From Eledone cirrhosa (lineage: Eukaryota): a stretch of 64,000 bases of DNA. Numbering within the stretch: position 1 is the first letter of the stretch; every line of letters begins with the position of its first letter. The position numbers and the translations under genes were made by a program. The notes below the pieces were generated by a model, which searched no databases, was not told the origin of the DNA, and saw only the letters and a program-made list of their open reading frames with translations. Shown in pieces: positions 24,233 through 35,749 of this stretch. The stretch lies in NCBI GenBank assembly GCA_964016885.1, contig OZ024744.1, forward strand, positions 113,274,001-113,338,000, read 5' to 3'.

Positions 24233-24759
24233 AATTTATTGTTTAATGGGGGACAATAACATATTTAATTATGGTTTATATTGTTTAATGAATTGTTTTT
24301 CCTCTGTTTTTGAGTGAAAGAGTCAGAGCATTTTTAGAGTGGGAATGTCTAATCCTGCACATGTTGAATGATTAAGGAGATTTGTCTCATGTTTTCATTA
24401 CGGATTTGTTGTCAGCGTATGGTCATTCTGTCCTGTGTAATTTTGAAAATATCCTGTTTTTGAAATTGTGATATCAAAAAAAAAATATTTCTTTCATATT
24501 GAACTCCATTGTGAGTTGGATGTTGTTGATTTGGTTATTTATCATATTTAAATATATACTGTATATCCCACTCACTTCATCCATGTCCAACTTGCTCGTC
24601 ACCCCTGATACATCTCTCCTACCCAATCTATGCATACAATCATGGGAGCCTGAACACACTTCACATCTGATCTCCTGTATGATGATCTGGTGCCATAACA
24701 AAAGTACCCTGCAAGGCGGTCATGCTGGAGACACAAGAAGCTCTCAATCCACCCTATAA

Positions 24760-27540
24760 GGGGATTGTGCTGGTGACACGAGTAAAAAGAACCCAGTCCA
24801 CACTATAAAATTGTTGGTGTTAGAAAGGGCATCCAGCCATAGAACCAAGCTAAATTACAAATCTGTATGGGTAAAACATGGTCACCTGACCTGATTTGTT
24901 TCATAATGTGATAACCAGTGAAAACCCATCAGACAGGTGCTGAAAATGAAGACAATGTTTGTTTGGTTTTTGATATACCTGCTGTCAAAGAGCAGGCATA
25001 ATTAAGTCATAGCTAAGAGTAAGCCTCTATATTTAGCTTTTGTTGATCTAGAAATACCTTTGACAGAGTACCCCCGATCAGTCATCTGCGAGAGCAGTAC
25101 AAGCTATGTACAGAGGAACTGTCAGTATAGTGACAGTAGGAAGTGAGTTAAGTGAGGAATTCATGGCATGCATCAGGGCTTGGTTCTCAGCTCTCTCTTG
25201 TTTATTATAGTTTTCTAGGTCATAACAGAAGAGTTTAAAACTGGCTGCCCATAGGAACTTCGGTATGCTGACAACCAGGTCCTTATAGCTAAATCTGTGG
25301 AAGAACTAGGAAATAAGTTCTGGCTGTGGGCATATAACTTAGAATCAAAAGGTATGAGAATAAACTTAAGAAAAACCTAAGTTTTAGTAAGTAGGAAAGA
25401 AGACAGGACTCTAATCCCATCAAAGAAGTGGTGCTGTTCCACATCTAGAAAAGGACAAGGTAGAAAATACACAATGGAAATCTTGGATACACAAGAAATG
25501 TAGCAGGGTAGCAGGCAGATTAACAGGAATAGTCTTCATATGTTCTAGATGTTCAGGGCCAAATAAGAAGGTCAGTGAATCACATGAAGGATCCATAGAT
25601 GTGGTTGAGAGCTTCTGCTACTAAGGTGACCTAATTATCAGTGGAGGAGGGTGCTTTGAAAGTATAATAACTAGAATAAGGATAGGATGGAAGAAGTTTA
25701 GAGAGCTACTCCCACTGTTGACAATAAAAGATTTCTCCTTGTGAACAAAAGGTTGGCTGTATGACACCTGTGTACAAGAGGGTATAAGAGGAATCAGATG
25801 TGGTGTGTAAGAAGGAGACTATGCTGATACGGACATGTGATGCACATGGATGATGATTGCTAGGTGAAGAAGTGCCAGAAAATCCCAGTGGTAGGAAGCT
25901 ACAGTAGAGGTAGACCACAGAAGATCAGAGAGGAGGTGGTGAGAGATATCATCTGGTATAGTTACTGAGATGCTAAAAAAGCATGATAGAATACAAGCTT
26001 GTCAGACACATAGTTAATCAAATAGTACAGGATGGTGTCATTCCTAATGACTGGCACAGTAATACCATTGTAAATTGCTACCAGGGCAAGGAAGATACAT
26101 TAGAGAGAAGTAATTATAAAGGTATTGAGTTGATGGACCAGGTCATGAAAGCTCAACTAATTAGGGACAGAATTAAGTTAGATGAGATGCAGATTGGATT
26201 TATGCCAGGTAGGGGTACTACTGATGCCCTCTTTAAAGTGAGACAACTACAAGAGAGCTACTTAGCAAAGAGTAAGCCATTGATATGAGTCCCTGCTCTG
26301 TAATCTACTGGGTACTTAGGGAGCTAGATATAGACAAATGACCTGATCAGGCCATGTATAAAGGAGCAACCAGAAGAGTGAGAATTGGCAATAAATAAGT
26401 GCAGATAGGGATCCACCAGGGCTCAGTCATCAGTCCTGTCTTGTTTATCATTGTCCTTCAGGCCATCACTGAGGGGTTGAAAACTGGCACTCCAAGGGAG
26501 TTCTATAAAGAGATGCAAAATTCCAAGTATGGAAGAACCTAGAGTCAAGAGGCCTGAAAAGTAAACTTAGTAAAGACGAAAGTCCTAATAAGTAGGAAAA
26601 AGGACAGGAAAGTGGTACCATTAGGGAGTGGCCTTATTCAATATTTCAGAAAGGAGGTGGGTAGAAATTTTATATATACACACTAGAGATGTAGTGGAAT
26701 TGCAGGTAGGCTAAATGAAAATATAGACTTTGTATGTGACAGAAGTGAGTACGAAGAACACACATGAAGTAAATACACTCAGTTGCCAGTGAGGCTTCTT
26801 AGAAGTTGTTAATAACTTGTGTTACTCAGGGGGATCAAATTAGTAGTAGAGGAAGATGCTCTGATAGTGTGATAGCCAGGATTAGAAGAAACTGTGGAGG
26901 GGGATAGTCTGATAGACAGGATTAGAACAGACTGGAAGTTTAGAGAGCTGATACCTCTGTGGAGGAGGATAGTGTGATAGTGTGATAGCCAGGATTAGAA
27001 CAGACTAGAAGTTTAGAGAGCTGATACCTCTGTGGAGGGGGATAGTCTGATAGTGTGATAGCCAGGATTAGAACAGACTAGAAGTTTAGAGAGCTGATAC
27101 CTCTGTGGAGGGGGATAGTCTGATAGCCAGGATTAGAACAGACTAGAAGTTTAGAGAGCTGATACCGTTGCTGACAAGTAAGATCTCCTCTCTCTGAGTG
27201 AAGGGTAGACTGTATGTTGCCTGAGTGTGGCAATGAAACATGGGCCTTGACTGTAGACCTGAGAAGGCTGGAAAGAAATGAAGCAAGTATGCTTTGATGG
27301 ATATGTAATGTTAATGTGCATAAGTGAACTGAGGAAAAAAAACTTGGCATAAGATGTGATGTACAAGAGAGAAGTTGGTATGGAGGATGAGAGCTGTATA
27401 AAGAAAAGCAGAGAAACCCCAGTGGCTGGGACTTGTGGAAGAGGCAGACTTGGTATAAGGTTATGAAGACCAACCTTACAACAGAAAAGACAAATGACTG
27501 CAAAGCTTGGCAGCATGTGCTGGAGAAGACCTGCACACAA
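24760..27540 (+). mobile_element. Two or more juxtaposed decayed RTE LINE fragments, with an internal 65-75-bp tandem amplification at 26865-27170
   Basis: KPLYLAFVDLE remnant near 25020; second RT start near 25955 (IVNQIVQDGVIPNDW...NYKGIELMDQVMK); repeated gatagccaggattagaacagactagaagtttagagagctgatacc. Confidence 0.8.
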
Positions 27541-27964
27541 TGTTGTGGCTCACCCCTATACAGCTAGCCATACCAATAGCACTTCCTAGACGCCATTCTC
27601 ACCATCACTGTACAGGTTCACCCTATCTACTACAATTCGTTAGCTATTCTATCACTACACCCACCCTCCTAAATCCTGACACACCTGTAATTATGCTCCT
27701 ATACCATCAAAGGTCACACCATTTCCCTACTCATCAACCTGTCAAATTCCACACATACATATCTTTCTTCTCCCCACCAACAAATCTTTCTAGTGTTGGT
27801 GCCATAAAAATGCATCCAGTAAGACGGTTAGTGATAGGAAGGGCATCCTGCTGTAGAAACCATGCCAAACAAATGGTTAGGAGGACCCTTCAGTTGTGTT
27901 GAAGATATGTCAACCTACGTAGTGTTGGTGATTTACATAGTAAACAGACCCAGTACACTATTTC

Positions 27965-28330
27965 CAATTCAGTGTTCACGCCTACCCTTACCTATGATCA
28001 TGAATTTTGGGTAATGACCATAAGAATATGTGAATCCAAGTGGCTGAAATGGAGTTCCTCCAGAGGGTCTTTGGGATAACATTACTCGATAGATGGAATA
28101 ACTCGGAGATCAGAGATGCTACTTCTCTGAATTGAGAGAACACAGCTTTGTTTGATATTACAATGTCTCAGGAAAGAATCACTGGATAGATTTTATGGGA
28201 AAAACTAAGCAGCAAGATGGTTAGATATCATTGTTGGAGACAGGACCCACTGGAAGGCATGTTTGAGGACTGTGACTCTAACAAGAAGACAAACAGAAAG
28301 ATGCTGTGCAGCAAACCTATCCAGTGGATG
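27965..28330 (+). mobile_element. Decayed RTE-type 3' fragment (family of 12020-12710)
   Basis: Shares cttacctat..tcatgaat.ttgg.taat.acc, gggtctttgg..taacattact.gatag and ctcaggaaagaatca with 12180-12670. Confidence 0.65.
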
Positions 28331-28715
28331 TTGGAGATCACTTTCCAATGAGTTAAGTGAAATAGATAGGAATGATGTTAATTTATTCAGAATGTAGAGA
28401 AACAATAAGGTAAAATATAAAGGTGTTAAGGGCACCCAACTGTAGAGAATTTGGCATGGGTTGAGTGGCCTCTTAATTTATGTCTAAGACTCTCTAGTAG
28501 TAGTGTCATAAGTACACTCTGTAAAGTATGGAAATGTAAGCAAGGTGCAGTTTTCAACCCATCAGAGAGGTCAGTAATTCCAATTAAGTAGTAACTTGGT
28601 TTGTGATGACCCATCCAACACTTGCTAGCAAGGAACACAGATAAAGATATACACACACTCACATTGAATATTAATTCAAAATTATAAGAAACAAAAACAT
28701 CACATTACAAACAGC

Positions 28716-28721
28716 TTTATT
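28716..28721 (-). terminator. Candidate polyadenylation signal (AATAAA) of the zinc-finger gene
   Basis: tttatt followed on the minus strand by a GT/T-rich stretch (tgtgatgtttttgtttctt). It lies at the boundary between the LINE-dense block and the LINE-poor AT-rich block. Confidence 0.3.
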
Positions 28722-28839
28722 TGAAGATGCCAGTAGTAACTTATGGCAATGGTTACTACAAAATAAAATAAAAAAAAAACAAACCTCCAGATAGTTTAAA
28801 TATTACAATTGATAGTGAAATGACATTGCAGTAAATCAC

Positions 28840-29220
28840 TTTTAACAGCCGGTTATGATTTAGCAGAAAACATCTAAAAATGTAGTTTGTAAATTGAAAT
28901 GTTTATTAACTTGAGGACATAGTGTAGAGAACATTTGTAGTATTAGAGTAACAACTTTAATATTTTGTGATAGCCATAGTGCTGTTTTGTATGTATGGAT
29001 GGCTAAAGTGATTTGTAAATTCAAACGTTTATAGTGTCTTTACTTGTGGACAGCTCAATGCGGTGAAAATTTGCTGTATTAGAGTAATAGTGTAGTTTTA
29101 TAGTTTTCAAGATGTCTTGCTAATGTGGTTTGTTAATTTAAATGTTTTAATGTGTTGGCATCATAGTAGTTTTGTATTTTTCAAGAATGATTTCAGTTAA
29201 TAGAGGATGTTAAGAGTTAA
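28840..29220. repeat. AT-rich interspersed repeat ending in gagTTAA (MITE-like); related copies at 31690-32005 and 34215-34365
   Basis: Shared aattcaaa.gtttatagt.tctttact...ttagagtaa...ttcaagaatgtcttgctaatgtggtttgttaa. Confidence 0.6.
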
Positions 29221-32200
29221 GAAAGGGAAATAAAAGGGTGTACATTCACAACAAATAAAGTAGATTAAAAGTTATAATAATAAATGATCATTGGAACTTT
29301 GTGATTTTCTTTGTTGTGCATGGTCTGAAGTTTTTACCCACCAACATATGACCGAGTGACAAAAAGGTTGTGTAAAATAAGAGAGACTCACATTATGATA
29401 ATGGACGAAAAGAATATTTTAGAAAACATTAAAAACTACAACTGTTAACAAATAAAAATACTTTTTTCTCTTCTAACTTAAAATAAATATGAATTTAAGA
29501 AAACTAGAAAAAAAATATATACACGAAAAAAAAATTTTTTTTTTGTTAATGACTTTATTTCTTAGGGTTATTAATTAGCATCATTTATTAATATTTTAAA
29601 ATATATACACAAGATTTTAAGCCTATTTTTACATAATTTGTAAGAAAAATAATAATAAAAACAGGAAAATAGAAGGGCAAGTTTTATTGGAGATTGGCAT
29701 TACCACAAACTTTTATTTCAACATTTTTCTCACATACATGTAATGCTAAACTGAAATTAAATATATATATATATAAGGAAAAGCTAATAAAAACAAAAAA
29801 TATGCTTAGAAAATGTAGGAATCCCAAATGTAGAATATAACTGTAACTACAGTTGATTGTTATAAATAATAGCTTAGAAGATCAGGTAAAATACCCCTAT
29901 AGATGGAAAAAAGTTACCTGCAGCTACTATAGAGAATCAAACCTTATCTCTCAAGTTCCAGCTGAGTGCTCTTAACCATTAAGCTAAACAATCTCATATG
30001 CAAATGTAAACATTTCCAAAAGGTCACTATTTATAGTAATTCAACTGTCGTTAGTTATTTTCTGTGTTTAAGATTTCTATATATTCTAAGAATTTCAAAT
30101 CTATCCAACGCTCCAATAGTTTATTTTCAAAATGTTTAAAATTTAGTATAATTGCAATATTTAATACATATATAAGCATAAATCAACCAGTAAATTGAAT
30201 ATTCGTCATATTTTGTATCTGGTAAAAATGAAATTTCTTTTCTTAGCACTGGGAAACTACATTATTTAAAATAAAATCTATCCAGAAAATAAAACATTTT
30301 TCAATTCATGTTAGGTTGTTCTTGAGTGTTACTGGTAACATGTAACCCAGTACAACCTGTTATGTTCGGGTTGTCAGTGAATAAACCGGCAACCCCACCG
30401 AACTTGCTTGGTGAGGAGGGCGATTTTTGGACACCCCACAGGGTGAAAAACAAAACCTGTCAGAGTGGAGAAAGTCATGAGTCAACAGCCATCCAATAGT
30501 GGAAGACTGAGCTTGTAGTATGGCCTTGGCTGGTAGTATGTCTAGAAGTATCACTGTGATTTAAAAATAGGGGTAAATGGGACTCCTTAGTCACCTTTCA
30601 AGTGGCCAATAATTTCATCCTTGTGATGAAGACTGATGAGCAGTGGTTAGGTAGCGAGCTTCCAAGTAATGGTCAGACAAGGATTGGCGATTCATCAATG
30701 TCCTTTTTTACCTGATGAGAATTATGGACATATACATTGTGTCCTTGATTCGTGACCGTCAGTAATGACAATGGTAAGAGACAAGACTAGACGTTTTGCA
30801 CATTCTTAAATTAAGTTTGTTTTAACAAAACTAATTGTAACAATGCCTATATTTTTAGTCAGCCTGTATAAAAATCCCCAATTTTAAGCCCTTAATATGT
30901 TCAGTGAATTGTGACCTATAACTGGACTACACTGCCTGCACAGTAGACGAAAAAAAGATCGCTCACTAAATGATGAAACACAATGCCTGAAAACTGTTGA
31001 GCTTCTCCATGTGGTAGGAGAACTACATTTTCAAAGACCAGGCTTGTCAGCCACACTTAAGCACTTCTCTCATACATGTCTAAAGCTATATGCATCTAGT
31101 ACTGGGATGAAAATTCATGTTAGTTGTATGTACATTTAAGCAGCCCCTGTTAAGAGTGTATCTAAATTCCATGTCACATCAAACTGGCCCTGTTGGTGGT
31201 GTAGCTGTCAAAATTCCATGTGACATCTGTTACAAGAATTCAAGACAAATAGGGGCTCAATAATAACTTAAAAGCCTGATAAAGGCTGATTTGACTGTGA
31301 TTAGAAAAGGGTTGCGCTCAGATTCAAACTGAAGACTGCACTATATATCAAGGTTATGATTTTATGTTTAATAGGCATATCTTCATCATCACTGCTTAAT
31401 GTCCATCTTTTCCACATCGGCATGGGTTAGATGAGTTGTGCCGTTGTGGGACAAGTCAGATCAGACGACTTGTGTCTTGCTCATACCCTTATCTTAATTT
31501 CCATCACAGCACCATTGCTTCAGTTATATTTGTGTGTAGTCATTTTATTATTTCTGGGAGTGTAAATTATAATAACGAAACCCAGTTTAAAATCCTTGGT
31601 AATATATTATCTGGAATCTGTACTAAATGGACAATTTTGAAGAAATATAAATCAACTCCTGTAATGCAACAAATATCTAAATACAAGGCTTATTAATTCA
31701 AATGATTATAGTACCTTTACTGGTGGACAGATTGTTGTGAACATTTAGAGTATTAAAGACTTGCTAATGTGGTTAACTGAAATGTTTATAATTTTCTAGG
31801 ACAAATTATTGTGTAATATCAAAGTAATGTGATAGTTGTAGTGTTGTTTGGTACTTTACAAGAATGTCTTGCTAATGTGGTTTGTTAATTCAAATGTTTA
31901 TACTATCTTTACTAGTGGATAGATTGTTGTGAGTTAAAACTTTAATATTTAAATTTTAAGAATGTCTTGTCAATGAAACTTCATGCCATAGATGTGAAGA
32001 GTTAAAAGGTGTCCAATACTCCACTAATTATTAATGCCGAAATGAAATTTAAAAAAATGTTATGAAAGGGGACTCACTACAGATTTTATGACAAACATTT
32101 TATAATAATTAAGGCACTTGAAAATATAAGTAAATTAAACATACATTCAGAATTTATCTGAACTGAAAATTACAATCTAATATTAAAACTGATGCATCTG

Positions 32201-34101
32201 TAACTCTCTGGAAAACATAGTAAAGATGTGTATGAGAGAGGGGAATTACATTTTGGTTGTTCCAGTCATATGCTAAATGTACTCGATTTATTTTGTTTTA
32301 TTTATGTAACTAAGTACTGTATATGTATATATAAACTTACAAATAAAGCATTTTCATCTTTAATACTTGGTGGTTACTTCTAATTAAACTACGTAATTTC
32401 CACAGAATCAGCTGTAATCATTAGTGCTTTTCATCTTTTAAAGGATTACCAACCAGGACCATATATACTTGAACATTTTCCTCACTACATCTTATAGAAA
32501 TATCTTAATGATATAAACTGCATCACAAATTACATATTTTAGTGAATACTTTATTAGTAGCTAATTTCATACCAAGGGAAATAAACATTAAATTTAAATT
32601 TAAGATATTGAATTTCTTGTAAAATGAATTTCCATTTTTACCAGCAAATTACTTGAAATAAATCCAAGATTTTGAAAATTAAAAAAAAACTTTCTTAAAA
32701 TAAATAAAAATGATTTCTAAAAATTAATCAAAAAAAAAAAAAAAAAAAAAAAAAATCAACAAATTGAAAACTAGGATCAACTCTTGTAGGTGTTTCCTGT
32801 AAACTTCACTTTCATATTTCATACACACACACCAGGGAAGAGGTACAATGATTTGTTATCTTCTGAAAGTTTTTTCATAAGCTCTGTAAGTTACCTTTTA
32901 AATTTATAACCTAAACAGCAATAATAATAATAATAATAATAATCACTATTAATATTATTTCAAAAGCTGAAATAAACATTAACTAAATAACAATGTAATT
33001 AAATTTATCACCAAACTTCTAAACCATTTCTGATAAATCATCATTCCTCTTTGGTGATTTAAAACTGTTTTCAGTCATTTATAAATGATACAATATCAAA
33101 ACGAACATTTCATTTCCAAGTGCATAATGTTGTTTACACACATATACACACACATAAATATGTATGTGTGTGTATATATATATATAGTAAATAATAAACC
33201 AAGGATATAGGTAGAATGATATCATTTTATTAATTATATGTATGTTCTGAGTTCAAATCCCGTCGAGGTTAACTTTGCCTTTCATCCTTACGGGGGTCGA
33301 TAAAATAAAGTACCAGTAATACACTGGGATAATTGCTGGCCTTGTGCCAAAAGTAGAAATAATTAATTATATGTATGTTTTACCAAAAACAGAAAATATC
33401 AATATTGGAGTGTGTAATAGTTTATTGTCATAGTAAGATGCCAATATATGGAACAAAAGCATTATAAAAATAAAATGTATAAACCATTAGTAAAAGTAGT
33501 AAGATCTATGGAGTCTAACCCATGCTAGCGTGGAAGATGGACGTTAAACAAAGATGATGATGTGTTAATATTATGTGACATTATCAAAACTAAAAAGAAA
33601 CATTATACAAAATAGCTGTTGGTGCAGTATGGTTAGCTACATATCAATCAATGAGTGTTTAAAAATTTTAATTGTTACAGAAGCTTGCTCTCTTATTATG
33701 AAAAACAAACTATTATACACTCTTATCTATTGATATTTTCTGCGGTTAGTGAAACGTAAAATAAAATGATACAATTCTACCCATATCCTTGATTTATTAT
33801 TTAATATTCATGCTCTGTGAAGTTATATTCGTACTATTTTACCCAAAGAATTATACCTTGGATGAATTTGCTCATCATAGTTGTTGATTGTACAAACACA
33901 TTGAGCTTTAAATCTTGTCATATTGTAATAATGTTGACCTCTCAACTTGCTATATATATATATATATATATATATCTGAAAGTCTTTCAAAGAAAATTCA
34001 TTATCACTCCAAAACTAACTGGCTATGGAATTGGAATAAAATCTTGTGCTTTGGTACTGGTTATTTTCAAAGCTGTTCGGGCATTAGTTCAGGTTTCTGT
34101 C

Positions 34102-35060
34102 CTGTAAATATGAAGAATTTAAAGGAAATTTTACAATATGAACTGAAGAAAATATAAAATGCTTGTTTGTAAATGCATCTTTTCTCATTGTATATTAAAT
34201 GAAATACTGTTTTAAAAAAAATTCAAATGTTTATAGTATCTTTACTAACAGAAAGATTGTAAAAATTTGCAGTATTAGAGTAAATACTTTAATATTTAAT
34301 GTAATGCAATTTTGTGCCTTTCAAGAATGCCTTGTAAACATGGTTTCATGTGATATTAAAAATTAATGAAAAATTTGAAGGGATTTACTAGAATTATTTA
34401 TAACTTAACAAATGATTTTAAAATAAAATTGTGCTGTAGGATTTTAAATTAAACTAGACCCCCTGTTGGGTCATGTTCACTTCAAAATCTAAACTATAAT
34501 AAAGGAAGGTCTGTGGGACTGTGTACCGTTTATTTTTTTTTATCCCGTTAGTAAAATAAGTTGGATTACTTTGAATAAATAATGAATGAATATTACATAA
34601 TTTATCTACTAAATTTCGTAAAAATAAATAATTTAAAATTGACTTCTTTTCAAAGTTGCACTTCCGGTATATCGTTGCCACCATACATATACCATATATA
34701 TAGAAAGAGAGATTGTGTGATGTCAACACTTCCGGTGGCGATCACTTAAATAAACATACTAATTTTCTCCTAATGCAGTTTATATATAATAGTCTTTTTT
34801 AATGTATCATCGATTACGTTACTGATTACATAAGACAGTGTAACACAGTCTTCATTCAATTTCTGTGTATATTGTCAATTACGATTTTATTTGATGTATC
34901 ATATCTACATGTATATATACTTGTGTATAATATCAATATACACACTACACATGCTAGCAGAAAACCACCCAAACGGTGGTTTTTCTGCTAGTAAATCTAA
35001 AATATCATGTTCACTTAAAAATAATTAAAATATACACAGACATATATATGTGTATGTGTT

Positions 35061-35124
<64 letters not shown>

Positions 35125-35746
35125 GGTATCTGTGATCTATATACACTGGTCATAGACACACACATATATATATATATACATACAACACCACCAGCTCTCT
35201 CTCTTCCCTTCTCCTTCTGTCTCCTCTCCCTCTCTTTCCATCTATTCTCTCACAACCACTATCTCTTTCTATCCTCTCTCTGCTTATGCAGGTACCCAGA
35301 AAACCCCATATCTCAGGAACCTGTGTCTCGATTTACACCAAACTTGTTTTATTCCATTTGTATTCCCATTCCAGGGTCAACTTCCTTTCAAAGTATTTTC
35401 CCATTATGTGCCCTTTTGGCTGTATTACATTATAGACAAGCAAGCAATCACAGACGTTTAGTAATATATAGATTGGAACATTTAGAGCTAGTTTTGAAGT
35501 TACTTTAGTGTCAACAGGGTTAAATAGGAACCAAAAGAGTTAATGAAGAATTTTGAGGAATTTACTAAAATTATTATTTCATTACTAAAACAGTAACTTA
35601 ACACATGGTTTTTATACAAAATTATGTTGGAAGATTATAAATTAAATAGGACTTCTTTAAGATGTGTGGTTGTGTTTCCTAGAACCAGAGCTGATTTTTA
35701 GATCTGGTTTGTATGAAAAGGGTTAACAAGAAACAGTTCAACTTAC
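34102..35746 (-). other. Predicted 3'-UTR intron of the zinc-finger gene
   Basis: Minus strand reads TAA AAT|gtaagt at 35746. Acceptors ttcttcatatttacag|G (exon from 34101) and tatattttcttcag|T (from 34142). The interval is filled with microsatellite and MITE-like DNA. Confidence 0.55.
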
Positions 35747-35749
35747 ATT

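Noticed and set aside
30630-30730. Two CTGATGA heptamers as hammerhead cores
   Set aside because: No stem II followed by GAAA and no stem I pairing at suitable distances.
32730-32755. Poly(A) tract as a retrocopy tail
   Set aside because: No upstream ORF, element body or TSD. It more likely reads as a U-rich stretch on the transcribed minus strand.
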